From an uncultured delta proteobacterium (lineage in GTDB: Bacteria > Desulfobacterota > Binatia > UBA9968), in the NCBI GenBank assembly GCA_963745035.1, contig CAVUVW010000013.1, positions 1,024,001 to 1,088,000 of the forward strand: a stretch of 64,000 bases of DNA, in the 5' to 3' direction. The notes under the pieces are model-generated. The model was not told where the DNA came from. It was given only the letters and a program-made list of their open reading frames with translations, and did no database searches. The position numbers were made by a program, and so were the translations under genes. Positions within the stretch are counted from its first letter, which is position 1; each line of letters begins with the position of its first letter. This document shows positions 48,979 through 59,838 of this stretch, piece by piece.

Positions 48979-49024
48979 GAAATCAGGCCGGTTCTCGGAT
49001 CGGGAACCGGCCTGATTTCGTTTC
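48979..49024 (+). terminator. Intrinsic terminator
   Basis: GAAATCAGGCCGGTTC...GAACCGGCCTGATTTC followed by GTTT. Confidence 0.75.
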
Positions 49025-49094
49025 CGGCAAAAAATCCAAATTTCTGCAAGGACGCCGGTAGCTCCGCGTCTCTTTAGTGGTAAACTTTTCATCG

Positions 49095-51252
49095 ATGTCC
49101 GACATCCTGCGAGAGGGCCGCAACTGCTGGAAAATCACCGATGCTTCGCGGGTGAAGTTCCTGATCGACGGCGCGGCGTATTTTGCCGCGCTTGCCGATG
49201 CGCTCGATCAGGCGCGCGAATCTATACTGATCGTCGGTTGGGACTTCGATAGCCGCGTCCAACTGAAATACCCCGCTGCAGGCGCGGGCGCGTCGCCCAC
49301 GATAGGCGACATCTTGAATTCTTTGGCTGCCCGCCGTCGCGAGCTTCAGATTCACATTCTAGTTTGGGATTTTGCGATGATTTTCGCGCTCGACCGCGAG
49401 ATGACGCCGTTTTTCGGGCCGGGCTGGCGGCGCCACCCGCGGGTGCATTTTCATATGGACGGCAACCATCCGATAGGCGCTTCGCATCATTCGAAAATCG
49501 TCGCCATCGACGATAGCTTGGCGTTTGCCGGCGGTCTGGACATCGCCAAGGGCCGCTGGGACACGCCCGAGCACCGCCAGGACGATCCGCGGCGCGCCGA
49601 TTTCAACGGCGCGCTGTTGCCGCCGCACCACGACGCGCAGATCGCCGTGGCGGGTGAGACCGCGGCGGCGCTCGGCGAGCTCGCGCGCGGCCACTGGTGG
49701 CGCGCCACCGGGCAGCGTTTGCGCGCGCCGCGGCGCTCTGGCGAGATCTGGCCCCGTGAATTACAGCCGGATTTCCTTCATGCGCGCGTCGCGATTGCGC
49801 GCACCGAGCCGGCGTATGGCGGCGCCAAAGAAGTCCGCGAGATCGAAGCGCTGTTTCGTGACGCGGTGGCCGGAGCGCGGCGCTGGATCTATGTCGAGAA
49901 TCAGTATCTGAGCTCCGCGGCGGTCAGCGATGCTCTAGCAAGCCGCTTGGAAGAGCCCGATGGTCCGGAAATCGTCATGGTGATTTCGCAGGCGAGCTAC
50001 GGCTGGCTCGAAGGCGCCACCATGGACGTAGTGCGCGGCCGGCTGATGAAGCGGCTGCGCGCCGCGGACGGTCATCGTCGGCTGCGCGTCTATTGTCCCA
50101 TTGTTGCGCGCAAAGCCAAGCACTGCATGTCCGTTCATTCCAAGCTGCTAATCGTTGACGACCGCCTGGTGCGCGTCGGTTCGGCGAACCTGAGCAACCG
50201 GTCCATGGGTTTCGACACCGAATGCGACTTGGCGATCGAAGCCAACGGCAGACGCGACATCGAAGCGGCGATCGCGCGCTTTCGCAACACCCTGCTCGCC
50301 GAGCACCTTGGGTCGAGCCCCGAGCGGGTCGCCGAGCTGCTGGGCGAAAGCCAGTCGCTGATCGGCGCCGTCCGTGCGCTGCGGGGAAATTCAGAGCGCA
50401 CTTTGGAGTTCGTCGACTGCGCCGTTCCGGACTGGCTCGAACAGATGATTCCAGAGTCCGCCGTCGTCGATCCCGAGGCGCCGGTCGCTCCGGAAAGCCT
50501 CGTCGAAGAGTTTGTCGTCTCGGAGCGCCACGGCTCGGGCAGCAGTGCGCTGCTCCGCGGCTTGCTGATCTTGGCCGCGCTGTTCACGCTCGTCGCGGCG
50601 TGGCGTTGGACGGGCCTGCGCGCATGGCTCGACCTCGGCGCGCTGGTGCGCGCCGCGGCGTGGCTACGCGAGACCGATCAAGCCTGGTTGTGGGCGATCG
50701 GCGCTTTTCCCGCCGGCGGTATCATCGGGTTTCCCGGTCACGCTGCTGATTTTCGCCTCGGCGTTTCTCGTGCGTTCCTGGCCGGCGATTGTCTGCTCCT
50801 TGGTCGGTTGTATCATCAGCGCCATGCTGCTTTACGGCATCGGCCGCGGTCTTGGACGAAAGACCGTCATGCGTCTTGCCGGCAGGCGCTTGAACCGGGT
50901 CAATCGCCTGATTTCCAAACAGGGCGTTTTGGCGGTGACCGCCGTCCGCATGATTCCGGTGGCGCCCTATTCGCTCGTCAATCTCGCCGCCGGCGCCGCG
51001 CGCGTTCCCTTTCGCGATTTTATCTTGGGCACGCTTTTGGGAATGAGCCCGGGCGTTGTCGGCATCACGTTTTTTACCGGGCAGCTCGAGCAAATGATCC
51101 GCAGGCCGAGCGTGCTCAGCCTGCTCGTTCTCATCGGAACTTTATTTCTCATGTTCGGCGGCATCATCGGCTTGCGCCGCTGGATCACGAGCAAACAAGG
51201 TCCGCGAAAGCGCCGGGTTTCACGCCTGTCCGCTTCGGCGCCTTCGCCCTAA
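49095..51252 (+). CDS. Phospholipase D-family protein fused to a VTT/DedA (SNARE-associated) domain, frameshift near 50710
   Basis: Two HKD motifs (HSKIVAID, HSKLLIVD), GSANLSNRS; C-terminal RMIPVAPYSLVN, GTLLGMSPG. Confidence 0.88.
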
Positions 51253-51266
51253 AGCCCGCAACCGCC

Positions 51267-51977
51267 ATGGCGCTTGTTTCCGTGCTTTCTTACAACATCC
51301 ATGAATGCGTCGGGTGTGACGGCCGCCGCGACCCGGCGCGGATCGCCGAGGTGATCAAACAGAGCGGCGCCCGGATCATCGGCCTTCAGGAAGTGCACTC
51401 GGACTCCAGCGGCGAGGAGCAACTGCACCAAATGAACTACCTCGCCGCCCTCACCGGCTTCCAGGCGGTAGCGGGACCCTCGGTGGAGCGGAAAAATGGA
51501 CACTACGGCAACGTCCTGTTGACGAGCTGCGAGGTATTGGCGGTGCATAAGCTCGACTTGAGTTATCGAGCGCGCGAGCCGCGCGGCGCCATCGACGTCG
51601 ATCTCGATATCGGCGGCGAAACCGTGCGCGTGATCGTCACCCACCTCGGCCTTGTGCCCGCGGAACGGCGCTTTCAAGTGCGCAAGCTGCTGGCCGCCTT
51701 GGAAGAACAACGCACGCGCATCGTTCTGTTGTTAAGCGACTTCAACGAATGGCTGCCCACCGGCCGCTCGCTCCGCTGGATCCACACCCACCTGGGAAAA
51801 ACCGCGCTGGTGCGCACCTTCCCGTCGAGATTTCCGGTTTTTGCTCTGGATAGAATCTGGGTGTCTCCACCCGCCGCGCTGGTCGAGCTTTGCTGTCTGC
51901 GCACGCCGATCACCCGCGTGGCTTCGGATCATTTGCCGTTGCGCGCGATCATTAGAACTTCCCCGGACAAATCGTAG
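51267..51977 (+). CDS. Endonuclease/exonuclease/phosphatase (YbhP-like) protein
   Basis: SYNIH, LQEV, YGNVLL, THLG, DFNEW, LDRIW, ASDHLP. Confidence 0.9.
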   Translation: MALVSVLSYNIHECVGCDGRRDPARIAEVIKQSGARIIGLQEVHSDSSGEEQLHQMNYLAALTGFQAVAGPSVERKNGHYGNVLLTSCEVLAVHKLDLSYRAREPRGAIDVDLDIGGETVRVIVTHLGLVPAERRFQVRKLLAALEEQRTRIVLLLSDFNEWLPTGRSLRWIHTHLGKTALVRTFPSRFPVFALDRIWVSPPAALVELCCLRTPITRVASDHLPLRAIIRTSPDKS

Positions 51978-52085
51978 AGCGCATTGGTTCTACATCCCTG
52001 TTGGATTCGTTCGGGATAGCCGGGAGACAGATCACATCGCCGAGTTCTCATCTTGCTGCCCCGTGGTTCGTTGATTTCATCATGC

Positions 52086-53249
52086 CTATTTCACCACGCC
52101 CTGAGCGCGCAACTCGCTCAACTCCATAGAGCCGAGTCCCAACAGATCGCCCAGCACTTGGTCGGTATGCTCGCCGAGGCCGGGCGCGTCCGCGTGAATG
52201 CTCGCCGGAGTCTCCGACAGACGAATCCACGGCGCGACCAGTTTGGTCGCTCCCGCCCTCGGGTGAGAGCGCTCGACGAACGCGCCGCGCGCTTTCACGT
52301 GCGGATCATCGATCACCTCGCCGAGCGATAACACCGGCGCGCCGAAGTAGCCGAGGTCGCGCAACCCATCCCAAATGGCTTGGCGCGTCTGCCCGCGCGC
52401 CCAGCTTCGCACCGTTTCGTCGAGCTCGGCGCGATGGCGCCGGCGCGCCGCTTGATCGGCAAACCGGGGGTCATCCGCGAGTTCCGGGCGGCCGATGACT
52501 CGCGCCAGCCGCGGCCAGTCTTCGTCGCTCACCTCCGCCGCGCGCAGCGTGAAATAGCCGTCGGCGACCTGCATGGGCCGGGTGCCGACCTGGTTGCCGG
52601 TGAAGTGTTGATGGAGCGAGCTCACCATAAAACCGAGCACGGCCTCCTGCATGGAGACTTCGATCTTCTGCCCTTTGCCGGTCTCGTGGCGCGCGTGCAA
52701 CGCCGCCAAAATGCCTACCGCCATGCTGATGCCGGCGGCTTCATCGCCGACGCCGATCGCCCGCGTCCCCGGAGCGCCGCTGTCTGCCCAAGCCGAATGC
52801 GTCCACCCGGCGATGCTGTTGTTGGTCGCTGCAGTGTTACCGTAGTTGGCGTAAGGCCCCCATTCACCGTAGCCGCGCGAGCAGGCGTAAATCAATCTCG
52901 GGTTGGCAGCGCGCAAAGAATCGTAATCGAGGCCGAAGCGCTCCATGACGCCCTTTTGATAATTTTCCACCAGCACGTCGGCGCGGGCGATGAGCTGCCG
53001 CGCCAGATCAATGCCGCGCTCGGTTTTTAGATTCAGGACGACGCTTTTCTTGTTCACGTTGATCGCCAAGAATTCGTAGGCGTCGGTCTGCGAGTCGCGC
53101 GGCATCCAGCTGTGGCGATAACCGTCGCCGCCCGGAGGCTCGATCTTGATGACCTCGGCTCCCAATTGGCCGAGCAGCATCGTGCAGAACGGACCGTTTA
53201 GAGCATGGGTAAAATCGATCACACGGATATTTTCGAGCGCTCCGGTCAT
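52086..53249 (-). CDS. Family III CoA transferase (CaiB/BaiF)
   Basis: GPFCTMLL..LGAEVIKIEPPGGD, NKKSVVLNLK, ADVLVEN, APGLGEHT. Confidence 0.92.
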   Translation of the reverse strand: MTGALENIRVIDFTHALNGPFCTMLLGQLGAEVIKIEPPGGDGYRHSWMPRDSQTDAYEFLAINVNKKSVVLNLKTERGIDLARQLIARADVLVENYQKGVMERFGLDYDSLRAANPRLIYACSRGYGEWGPYANYGNTAATNNSIAGWTHSAWADSGAPGTRAIGVGDEAAGISMAVGILAALHARHETGKGQKIEVSMQEAVLGFMVSSLHQHFTGNQVGTRPMQVADGYFTLRAAEVSDEDWPRLARVIGRPELADDPRFADQAARRRHRAELDETVRSWARGQTRQAIWDGLRDLGYFGAPVLSLGEVIDDPHVKARGAFVERSHPRAGATKLVAPWIRLSETPASIHADAPGLGEHTDQVLGDLLGLGSMELSELRAQGVVK

Positions 53250-53446
53250 TCATTCCCTCCTAACCAACGGAGAACATACAGCGCGACGCGGTCGCGCGGC
53301 GCTGTAGCTGATGGATAACGGCGAGCGGCGAACCGAACGGCTGCGAGTAGTATCGGACGCGATAAGCTCCGCGCGAACGGTAAAGGCGCGTGCCGTTCAT
53401 GCTGCGGCCGTCGCAGCATAAACAGCCAACGCTCATTCTTTACAGT

Positions 53447-54478
53447 TCACTTGCTGGAGAAACCGAGGACTTTCCCGTATTCCGTCGTGAGACGGTTGAT
53501 CAGCTCCGCGTGCTCCTGAGTCATGTAAACCATTTTTCTGCGCTGGGCGTATTCGTGAGCGGGCGTGCCCGGAACGAAGGCGGAGCTCTCGCCGCGGTAC
53601 TGCTGCCAGATCTTCTGCGCCTCCGCGGTCGTAAGAAAAACGGTAAAAAGATAACCGGCGTTGGGATGGCGCGCGTTCTTGATCACTCCGGCATTGGTCG
53701 CCGGCGCGATTACCGGCTCCACCGCTTCGGCGTGCACAACCGGGGCGCCGGCGAGCTTCGCCGAATGGATGTAGCCCTCGCCCAACGTGAAGGCGATCTT
53801 GATCTCGCCGATTTGCAAGCGCGAGAACATGTGGCCGGGCTGGCCGATAATCGCTTGCTGATCGGCGAGCGTCTTGACGTATTTGTTCGTCCTCTCTTCG
53901 CCCCACGCCGTCGCCAGCCGCGCCAGATGATGCACCGCATCCGTGATGCCGAGCTTGCCGCCTTTCCACTTTGGATCGAGCAAATCCTCCCATGACTTCG
54001 GCGCTTCTTCCGCGGACAGAAATTTTTTGTTGTACGCGGGTAGCGCAAAGCCGTGGGCCAGGATCACCGTGCTGCTGTCGTATTGGATCCAACGCGGATT
54101 CACCCCGACTTTGGCGTAGTCGAAGCGCTGCTGCGCTTTCTTGAGCCATAGACTTGCGTGATGCGCGTCAGTCGCCATCATCACGTCCCATTCGGCCGGT
54201 AAGCCGGAGGCAGCCAGGCTGATGGTCTTGGCGATGTCCCGCGCCATACCAGAGGATGGATGATAGATGGTTTTGAGATTGAGGCCGTATTTTTTGTTAA
54301 ACGCTTCGCCGAGCTTCTGCGCGCCCTCGGCGCCGAGCGTGCCCGCGGCAAAAAATTCGACCGAGCCTTCCTTCTTCGCGGCGGCGATCAAATCATCGAT
54401 CGGCGCGGCAAATCCGACCGGGGCTGCCGTCGCAGTCACTACAAAAAAGATGGCGATCAAACATGGTAATTTCATCAA
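53447..54478 (-). CDS. Extracellular solute-binding protein (Fe3+/AfuA-like family)
   Basis: AAKKEG, PKSWEDLLDPKWKG, ARHPNAGYLF. Confidence 0.85.
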   Translation of the reverse strand: MMKLPCLIAIFFVVTATAAPVGFAAPIDDLIAAAKKEGSVEFFAAGTLGAEGAQKLGEAFNKKYGLNLKTIYHPSSGMARDIAKTISLAASGLPAEWDVMMATDAHHASLWLKKAQQRFDYAKVGVNPRWIQYDSSTVILAHGFALPAYNKKFLSAEEAPKSWEDLLDPKWKGGKLGITDAVHHLARLATAWGEERTNKYVKTLADQQAIIGQPGHMFSRLQIGEIKIAFTLGEGYIHSAKLAGAPVVHAEAVEPVIAPATNAGVIKNARHPNAGYLFTVFLTTAEAQKIWQQYRGESSAFVPGTPAHEYAQRRKMVYMTQEHAELINRLTTEYGKVLGFSSK

Positions 54479-54729
54479 GTGAATCCTTCCTCAAAAACAT
54501 TTCGCAACCGGCGGCGCGCCCGGCCGTCCACAAACTCTAAGAACATGCGTTCAAAGCGGCGCATTTGCAAGCGTGACAAGGCCAGTTCAGGGGTGAAAGA
54601 ATCCGCGCGTCAGCCTTGCCGCGGCGGAAGTATTCGGACTAGTATGGCGCCCGTGCCGCCAACAATCTCTCGACGGCAGCCGCCGTTTCCGCCACCAAAC
54701 CGGCATCGCCGTCAGCAAGGAGACTCCAT

Positions 54730-55857
54730 TTGAAAATCGCCGACATCGAAATTATCGAATTGCAGAACATCCCCGTCACTCCACCGCTCTTCAAGCAGCC
54801 GCTGCGCACCGGCGTGCGCCTGCTCAAAGTCAAAACCGATGACGGCATCGTCGGCCTGTCGCAGTTCGGCGGCTTCATGCACTCGGCCACCGCCGCTTTT
54901 ATCCGGCACGACCTCGCGCCTTTTTTAAAGGGCCAGGACCCGCTCGAAAACGAGCGCTTGATGCATCAGATGCTCTGGAAGTTCAACACCCGCGCCCACG
55001 CCGGCGTGTGGAACTTCGCGGTGAGCGCCGTCGATGTGGCGCTCTGGGACATCAAAGGAAAATTCTACAAGGCGCCGGTCTGGCGCCTGCTCGGCGGCGC
55101 GCAGAAAGCGGTTCCGGCGTATATCACCTTCGGGTTGAGGGCCTACGGCCGCGACGAGCTCGCCGAAGCGGCGAAATATTGGGCCGCCAAGGGCGAAACG
55201 CGGTTGAAGATTCAGGTCGGCCGCTCGAACATCCGCGGCGCCATGGATCCGTCCGGCGCCAGCGGCGAGCATCGCGAAGACAATCCGGCCGAAGACGAAG
55301 CGCGGGTGAAAGCCGTGCGCGACGCGGTCGGCGATCAAGCCGAGCTGATGGCGGACGCCAACTGCCTGATGAAGCTCGACGCCGCCGTGCGCTGGTGCAA
55401 GCGCTTCGAGCCGTACAATCTAATGTGGTTCGAAGAACCGATCGTGCACAACGACCCGCGCCTGCTGGCGCAACTGCGCCAGCAGACGAGCATCCCCATC
55501 GCCGCGGGACAATGGGAGAATTTCTTCAAGCTCGCCGATTTGGTCAAGCAGGACGCCGTCGATTTTTTGAACATCCACGTGCTTTCCGTCGGCGGTTTCA
55601 CCATGGGCATGAAGGCCGCCGGTCTCGCTCACGCCTTCAATCTGCCGGTCGGCAACGGCGATCACTTCGACGTTCATCTGCACGCCGCGGTGCCCAACGG
55701 CTGGCGCGCCGAGGTTCACGTCAACAATTGGCTCACTTCCAATGTTGTCTACAAAGATCTGCCGGGGCCGGTCAACGGTTGGATCACGTTAACCGAGAAA
55801 CCAGGTCTAGGACTCGATCTCAACGAAGACGCTATCAAGGAATACAAAGTCGCATGA
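54730..55857 (+). CDS. Mandelate racemase/muconate lactonizing enzyme (enolase superfamily)
   Basis: SAVDVALWDIKGK, LMADAN, WFEEP, PGLG. Confidence 0.92.
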   Translation: MKIADIEIIELQNIPVTPPLFKQPLRTGVRLLKVKTDDGIVGLSQFGGFMHSATAAFIRHDLAPFLKGQDPLENERLMHQMLWKFNTRAHAGVWNFAVSAVDVALWDIKGKFYKAPVWRLLGGAQKAVPAYITFGLRAYGRDELAEAAKYWAAKGETRLKIQVGRSNIRGAMDPSGASGEHREDNPAEDEARVKAVRDAVGDQAELMADANCLMKLDAAVRWCKRFEPYNLMWFEEPIVHNDPRLLAQLRQQTSIPIAAGQWENFFKLADLVKQDAVDFLNIHVLSVGGFTMGMKAAGLAHAFNLPVGNGDHFDVHLHAAVPNGWRAEVHVNNWLTSNVVYKDLPGPVNGWITLTEKPGLGLDLNEDAIKEYKVA

Positions 55858-55889
55858 ACTGATTCACCATTCAATCCTGAAGCCTAGAC

Positions 55890-55916
55890 TGTCATTTCGA
55901 CCGAAGGGAGAAATCT
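55890..55916. repeat. Half REP-like hairpin related to family B
   Basis: TGTCATTTCGACCGAAGGGAGAAATCT. Confidence 0.5.
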
Positions 55917-55962
55917 TTCCTCTCCCCGCCGGTTTCCGACGACTGTCCGAATTACCTGCACC

Positions 55963-56970
55963 TCACTTATTCCCCGCCCACAACTTGTCAAAGAATCCGC
56001 TCTTGTTCATCGAGTCGAGAAACCGCCGGTCGACTAGGTCCTGCGGTTTTACTTTCTTCGCTCGCGCGTCGACTTTCCCCGTTTCATCGATGATTGCCTG
56101 AAACGCTTCGTTCTTGAACTCCAGGCGCCGCTCCATGACTTTGATCTCTTCGTCGTAAGCGGCGTCGAGGACTTTGCGGTCATTGATGCGCAACTGCTTG
56201 CCGAGGACCTTATAGGTAAATTCTTTGTCCAGAAACATGATCTTCATCGCTTCCGCCGTCGCGCGCACGAACTTGTCAATGGCCGGCGCTCGCGTCTGGA
56301 GAATGGAGCGCCGCGTGATCACCGCCGCGGCGACAAAGGGAATGTTCAAATCCGGCCCGTAAACCACGTGGCGGAAACCCTGCGCCACCGCCCGCGTCCC
56401 GCCCGACGGACCGGTCATCGTCGCGGCATCGACGTTGCCCGTCAACAAGGCCGCAAGATTTTCGACCTGGCCGCCGGTCTGAATAAAATTGATATCGGTT
56501 GGTTCCATGCCGTACTTTCGCAGGACTTGGATGATGAAATAGTGGGAGTTGCTGCCAAGCCTCGTCAGCCCCAGCTTCTTCCCTTTGAGATCCTCGGGTC
56601 TTTTGATTTCCGGCTTGCCGAGAATGCTGTGGGTCAGCGTATTTTTCGCGCTGCCGACAAAAACCAAATCCGTCGCTCCCTGTGCATGCGCCCGCACGAT
56701 CGCTTCGCCGCCGCTGACCGCGACTTGAGCGTCGCCTCCCAGCAGCGCCGCGGTGACGATCGGCGCCGATGAAATATAAACGAGCTGAAAGTCCAGGTCG
56801 TATTTTTTGAACAGCCCCGCCTCCTCGGCGATCCACGGCATCGCCTGGGACATCGTCCGCGCGGAGTGAAAGCCAATGAGCTTATCGGCTGCCAGGATTT
56901 CAGCAGGGTCATTAACAAAAAGCGAGAAGAGCAGCGCTGCGAGGCAACAACACACTTTTTTCATTTCCAT
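55963..56970 (-). CDS. ABC substrate-binding protein, NMT1/SsuA-like
   Basis: WIAEEAGLFKKYDLD, DLKGKKLGLTRLGS; GGAGG RBS. Confidence 0.88.
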   Translation of the reverse strand: MEMKKVCCCLAALLFSLFVNDPAEILAADKLIGFHSARTMSQAMPWIAEEAGLFKKYDLDFQLVYISSAPIVTAALLGGDAQVAVSGGEAIVRAHAQGATDLVFVGSAKNTLTHSILGKPEIKRPEDLKGKKLGLTRLGSNSHYFIIQVLRKYGMEPTDINFIQTGGQVENLAALLTGNVDAATMTGPSGGTRAVAQGFRHVVYGPDLNIPFVAAAVITRRSILQTRAPAIDKFVRATAEAMKIMFLDKEFTYKVLGKQLRINDRKVLDAAYDEEIKVMERRLEFKNEAFQAIIDETGKVDARAKKVKPQDLVDRRFLDSMNKSGFFDKLWAGNK

Positions 56971-57185
56971 GAAGCGTACCTCCTGAATCGAACTGTGATG
57001 CATCACCCCAATGAAACCAGCGCGACCCTATCAAAAAGTACGCGCACCGACCACACCGTATGGCTATTGCTGTGGCCCTTGAATGTAATCCCTCGCTCTT
57101 TGGGAGAGGGCAAGGGTGAGCGCGTGCTTGACCGTTAGCTCGCCGCGATGATACGGCATGTCTCACAAGAACACGGAGGCAAGCT

Positions 57186-58198
57186 ATGAAAATCGTCGTC
57201 TTTGGACCGGAGCGACGCGTTGGCGCGCTGGTTGGCGAGAGAGTGATCGACCTTAACCGCGGCATGGCCAGGCAACTGCAGGAACAAGGCGAATCAAAAG
57301 CGGAAGAGCAAGCGGCGACACGTCTGCCGGCGCGCCTCTTGACATTCATCGAGTCCGGCCCGCCTGCTTTGGAGAATGCCCAGCGGGTCATCGACCAATT
57401 CGACAGGAGCGCGCCCGGTGATGAACGCGGAGAGCTTAGGCTGGTGCACAATGTGAGTGACGTAAAACTCCACGCGCCCTGGCCGGAGCGGCGCATCGCC
57501 TGCGTCGGCGGCAACTACGCCGCCCATCTTGCCGGCATGTGGGCCAATCGTCTCGGCAAGACCGACGTGTCGATCGAGCAAATCACCGAAGAGGCGAGAA
57601 AAGGCGGCCAGTGGGGATTCTGGAAAGTGCCCGCCGAAGTCGCCGGGCCGGCCGATACGCATTCCGTTTCCCAAGCGCGTTACCTATTTCGATTACGAGG
57701 GCGAAGTGGCGATTGTCATCGGCAAGCGCGGCAAGAACATTCCCGCGGCAAAGATACGCGACTATGTTTGGGGTGTGACTCTATTCCACGACTGGAGCAT
57801 TCGCGACGCCGGCGGAACCGATCGTGTGGTCAGCTACAATTTGCAGAAGAACTTCGACGGCGCCGTATCCATGGGCCCGTGCATCGTCGTCGGCGAAACC
57901 GACCATCAGGAGGTCGACGGCAGAGACGCGCGTCAACGGCGTCGTGCGCCAGAGCTACAGCACCAAAGAAATGATTTGGAACTTCGCCGAAGTGTTGGAA
58001 TATCTGTCGCAGGATTTCACCTTCGTTCCCGGCGACGTGATCGCCGGCGGCACCTCCGCCGGAACCGCCGCGGACAAGTCGCGCCGCGGTCCTGACGGCA
58101 AACGGCCGCTCGATTTGTTTCTGAAGATCGGCGACGTCGTCGAAGTATCTTCGCCGCAGATCGGCGCGCTCTCGAACAAGATCGTCGCAAGCGAGTAG
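57186..58198 (+). CDS. Fumarylacetoacetate hydrolase family protein, frameshifts near 57660 and 57920
   Basis: ACVGGNYAAH, DYEGEVAIVIGK, DWSIRD, PGDVIAGGT. Confidence 0.9.
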
Positions 58199-58220
58199 GT
58201 GCGGGACCCGCCCCTACAAA

Positions 58221-58441
58221 TCCTTCGTGATCTTCGTGTGCTCCTTCGAAAAATGCGGGTGCGGAATGGTGGCTGGTTCCGTCATACCGGCGAAAGCCGT
58301 ATCCAGGCTAATTTGGTGGAGAACAAACCTGGGTTCCCGCCTGCGCGGGAACGACGAGCGTGGAGAGAATCGTGTCCTAGGGAACCTGTCATTTTCATTA
58401 TCTGTGGATGAGCCTAAGATCATGAATCACTTCGTGGTGAA
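58221..58441 (-). repeat. Composite intergenic repeat element, copy 3 (reverse orientation), REP core at 58281-58356
   Basis: Reverse complement reads TTCACCACGAAGTGATTCATG...CCACAGATAATGAAAAT...GTTCCCGCGCAGGCGGGAACCCAGG...CCTGGATACGGCTTTCGCCGGTATGACGGAAC. Confidence 0.8.
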
Positions 58442-58465
58442 ATAATTCTGCATTGAAGGATTACC

Positions 58466-59633
58466 ATGGACTTCAATCTTCCCGAAGAAATTCAAATCTT
58501 GCGCGACACCGTGCGCCGCTTCGTCGATAAAGAGCTGATCCCGCTCGAGCGCGAATATCGGCATGACAGCGAAGGGCCGATGCCCGAGCACCTACTCAAG
58601 CCGCTCCAGGAAAAAACCAAGAGCATGGGCCTCTGGATGCTCGACGTGCCGGCGGAATACGGCGGCGCCGGGACTCGGACTCCTGCCGCGCTGCATCATT
58701 CACGAGGAGATCGCCCGCGCGGCGTCCCTGCCCTTTCGCAGCCTCGAGCTCTTCGGCCCCGAAGTCCGGCCCGTGCTGTTTCACTGCAATGACGAGCAGA
58801 AGGAACGTTTTCTTGAAGCCGGTGCTGCGCGGCGAGCTAAAATTTTGCTTCGCCCAGACCGAACCCGACGCAGGCAGCGATCCGGCGAACATGCGCACAC
58901 GCGCCGTGCGAGGACGGCGACTCGTTCGTCATCAACGGCACCAAACGCTTCATTACCGCCGCGGGCCGCGCCGACTACGCTCAGCTCATGGCGGTGACGG
59001 ACCCGGAGAAAACGCGCTCGCGGCGGCATCACTTGCTTCGCCGTCGATCTGAAGAGCCCCGGCGTGCTGCTCGAACGCCAATGGCCGACGATGATGGGCG
59101 AAGCGCCGTGGCAGCTCGTGTTCGACAACGTGCGCGTGCCGGAGGCGAATGTCATCGGCCAAGTCGGCGGCGGCTTTTCCATCGCGCAGAAATGGATCGG
59201 CGAGGGAAGAATACGCGGTCACGGCGCGCGGCCGGTGGGCATCGCGCGGCGCGCGCTCGACATGATGATCGAGTATTCGAAAGTACGCACCACCTTCGGC
59301 CGCCCGCTCGCCGATCGCCAAGCGATTCAGTTCATGATCGCCGACTCGGCGATGGAGATTCACGCCGTGCGCAACATGGTCTACGAATGCGCCTGGCGCG
59401 TCGATCGCGGCGAAGACGTGCGCGATCTATCCTACATGGTCAAAGTGATGGCGACGGAAATGGCGAGCCGCGTCGTCGATCGCTCGATTCAGGTCCACGG
59501 CGGATTGGGATTGATGAAAGAACTGCCCCTCGAATGGTGGTACCGGCAAATCCGCAGCACGCGCATCACCGAAGGCGCCAACGAAGTCCTGCGCTGGCGC
59601 CTCGGCCAAAACATCATCCGCGCGCACAAGTAA
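58466..59633 (+). CDS. Acyl-CoA dehydrogenase, several frameshifts
   Basis: PAEYGG, TEPDAGSD, NGTKRFIT, FGRPLADRQ, QVHGGLG, RITEGANEV. Confidence 0.92.
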
Positions 59634-59705
59634 AGGTCTTGACTGACTGAACAAGACTCACAGGATCCACTCGACGTCCGCAATTTCCGCAGAGATGTAC
59701 CAGAG

Positions 59706-59799
59706 TGTCATTCTGAGCCGGAGGCGAAGAATCTGCTTTTTCTTGGTTTGACAGTCGCAGAAAAGCAGATCCTTCGTCACGCGGTTCCTCAGGATGACA
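59706..59799. repeat. REP-like double hairpin, family B, copy 2
   Basis: TGTCATTCTGAGCCGGAGGCGAAGAATCTGC...GCAGATCCTTCGTC...CCTCAGGATGACA. Confidence 0.8.
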
Positions 59800-59838
59800 C
59801 TCAAGATTAGCGAAATCTTGCGCGACACCGGCACAAAC

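Noticed and set aside
49077-51977. 966-aa PLD-EEP fusion in the ORF track
   Set aside because: A frameshift near 50710 skips the DedA frame and reads through into the EEP gene, which has its own ATG.
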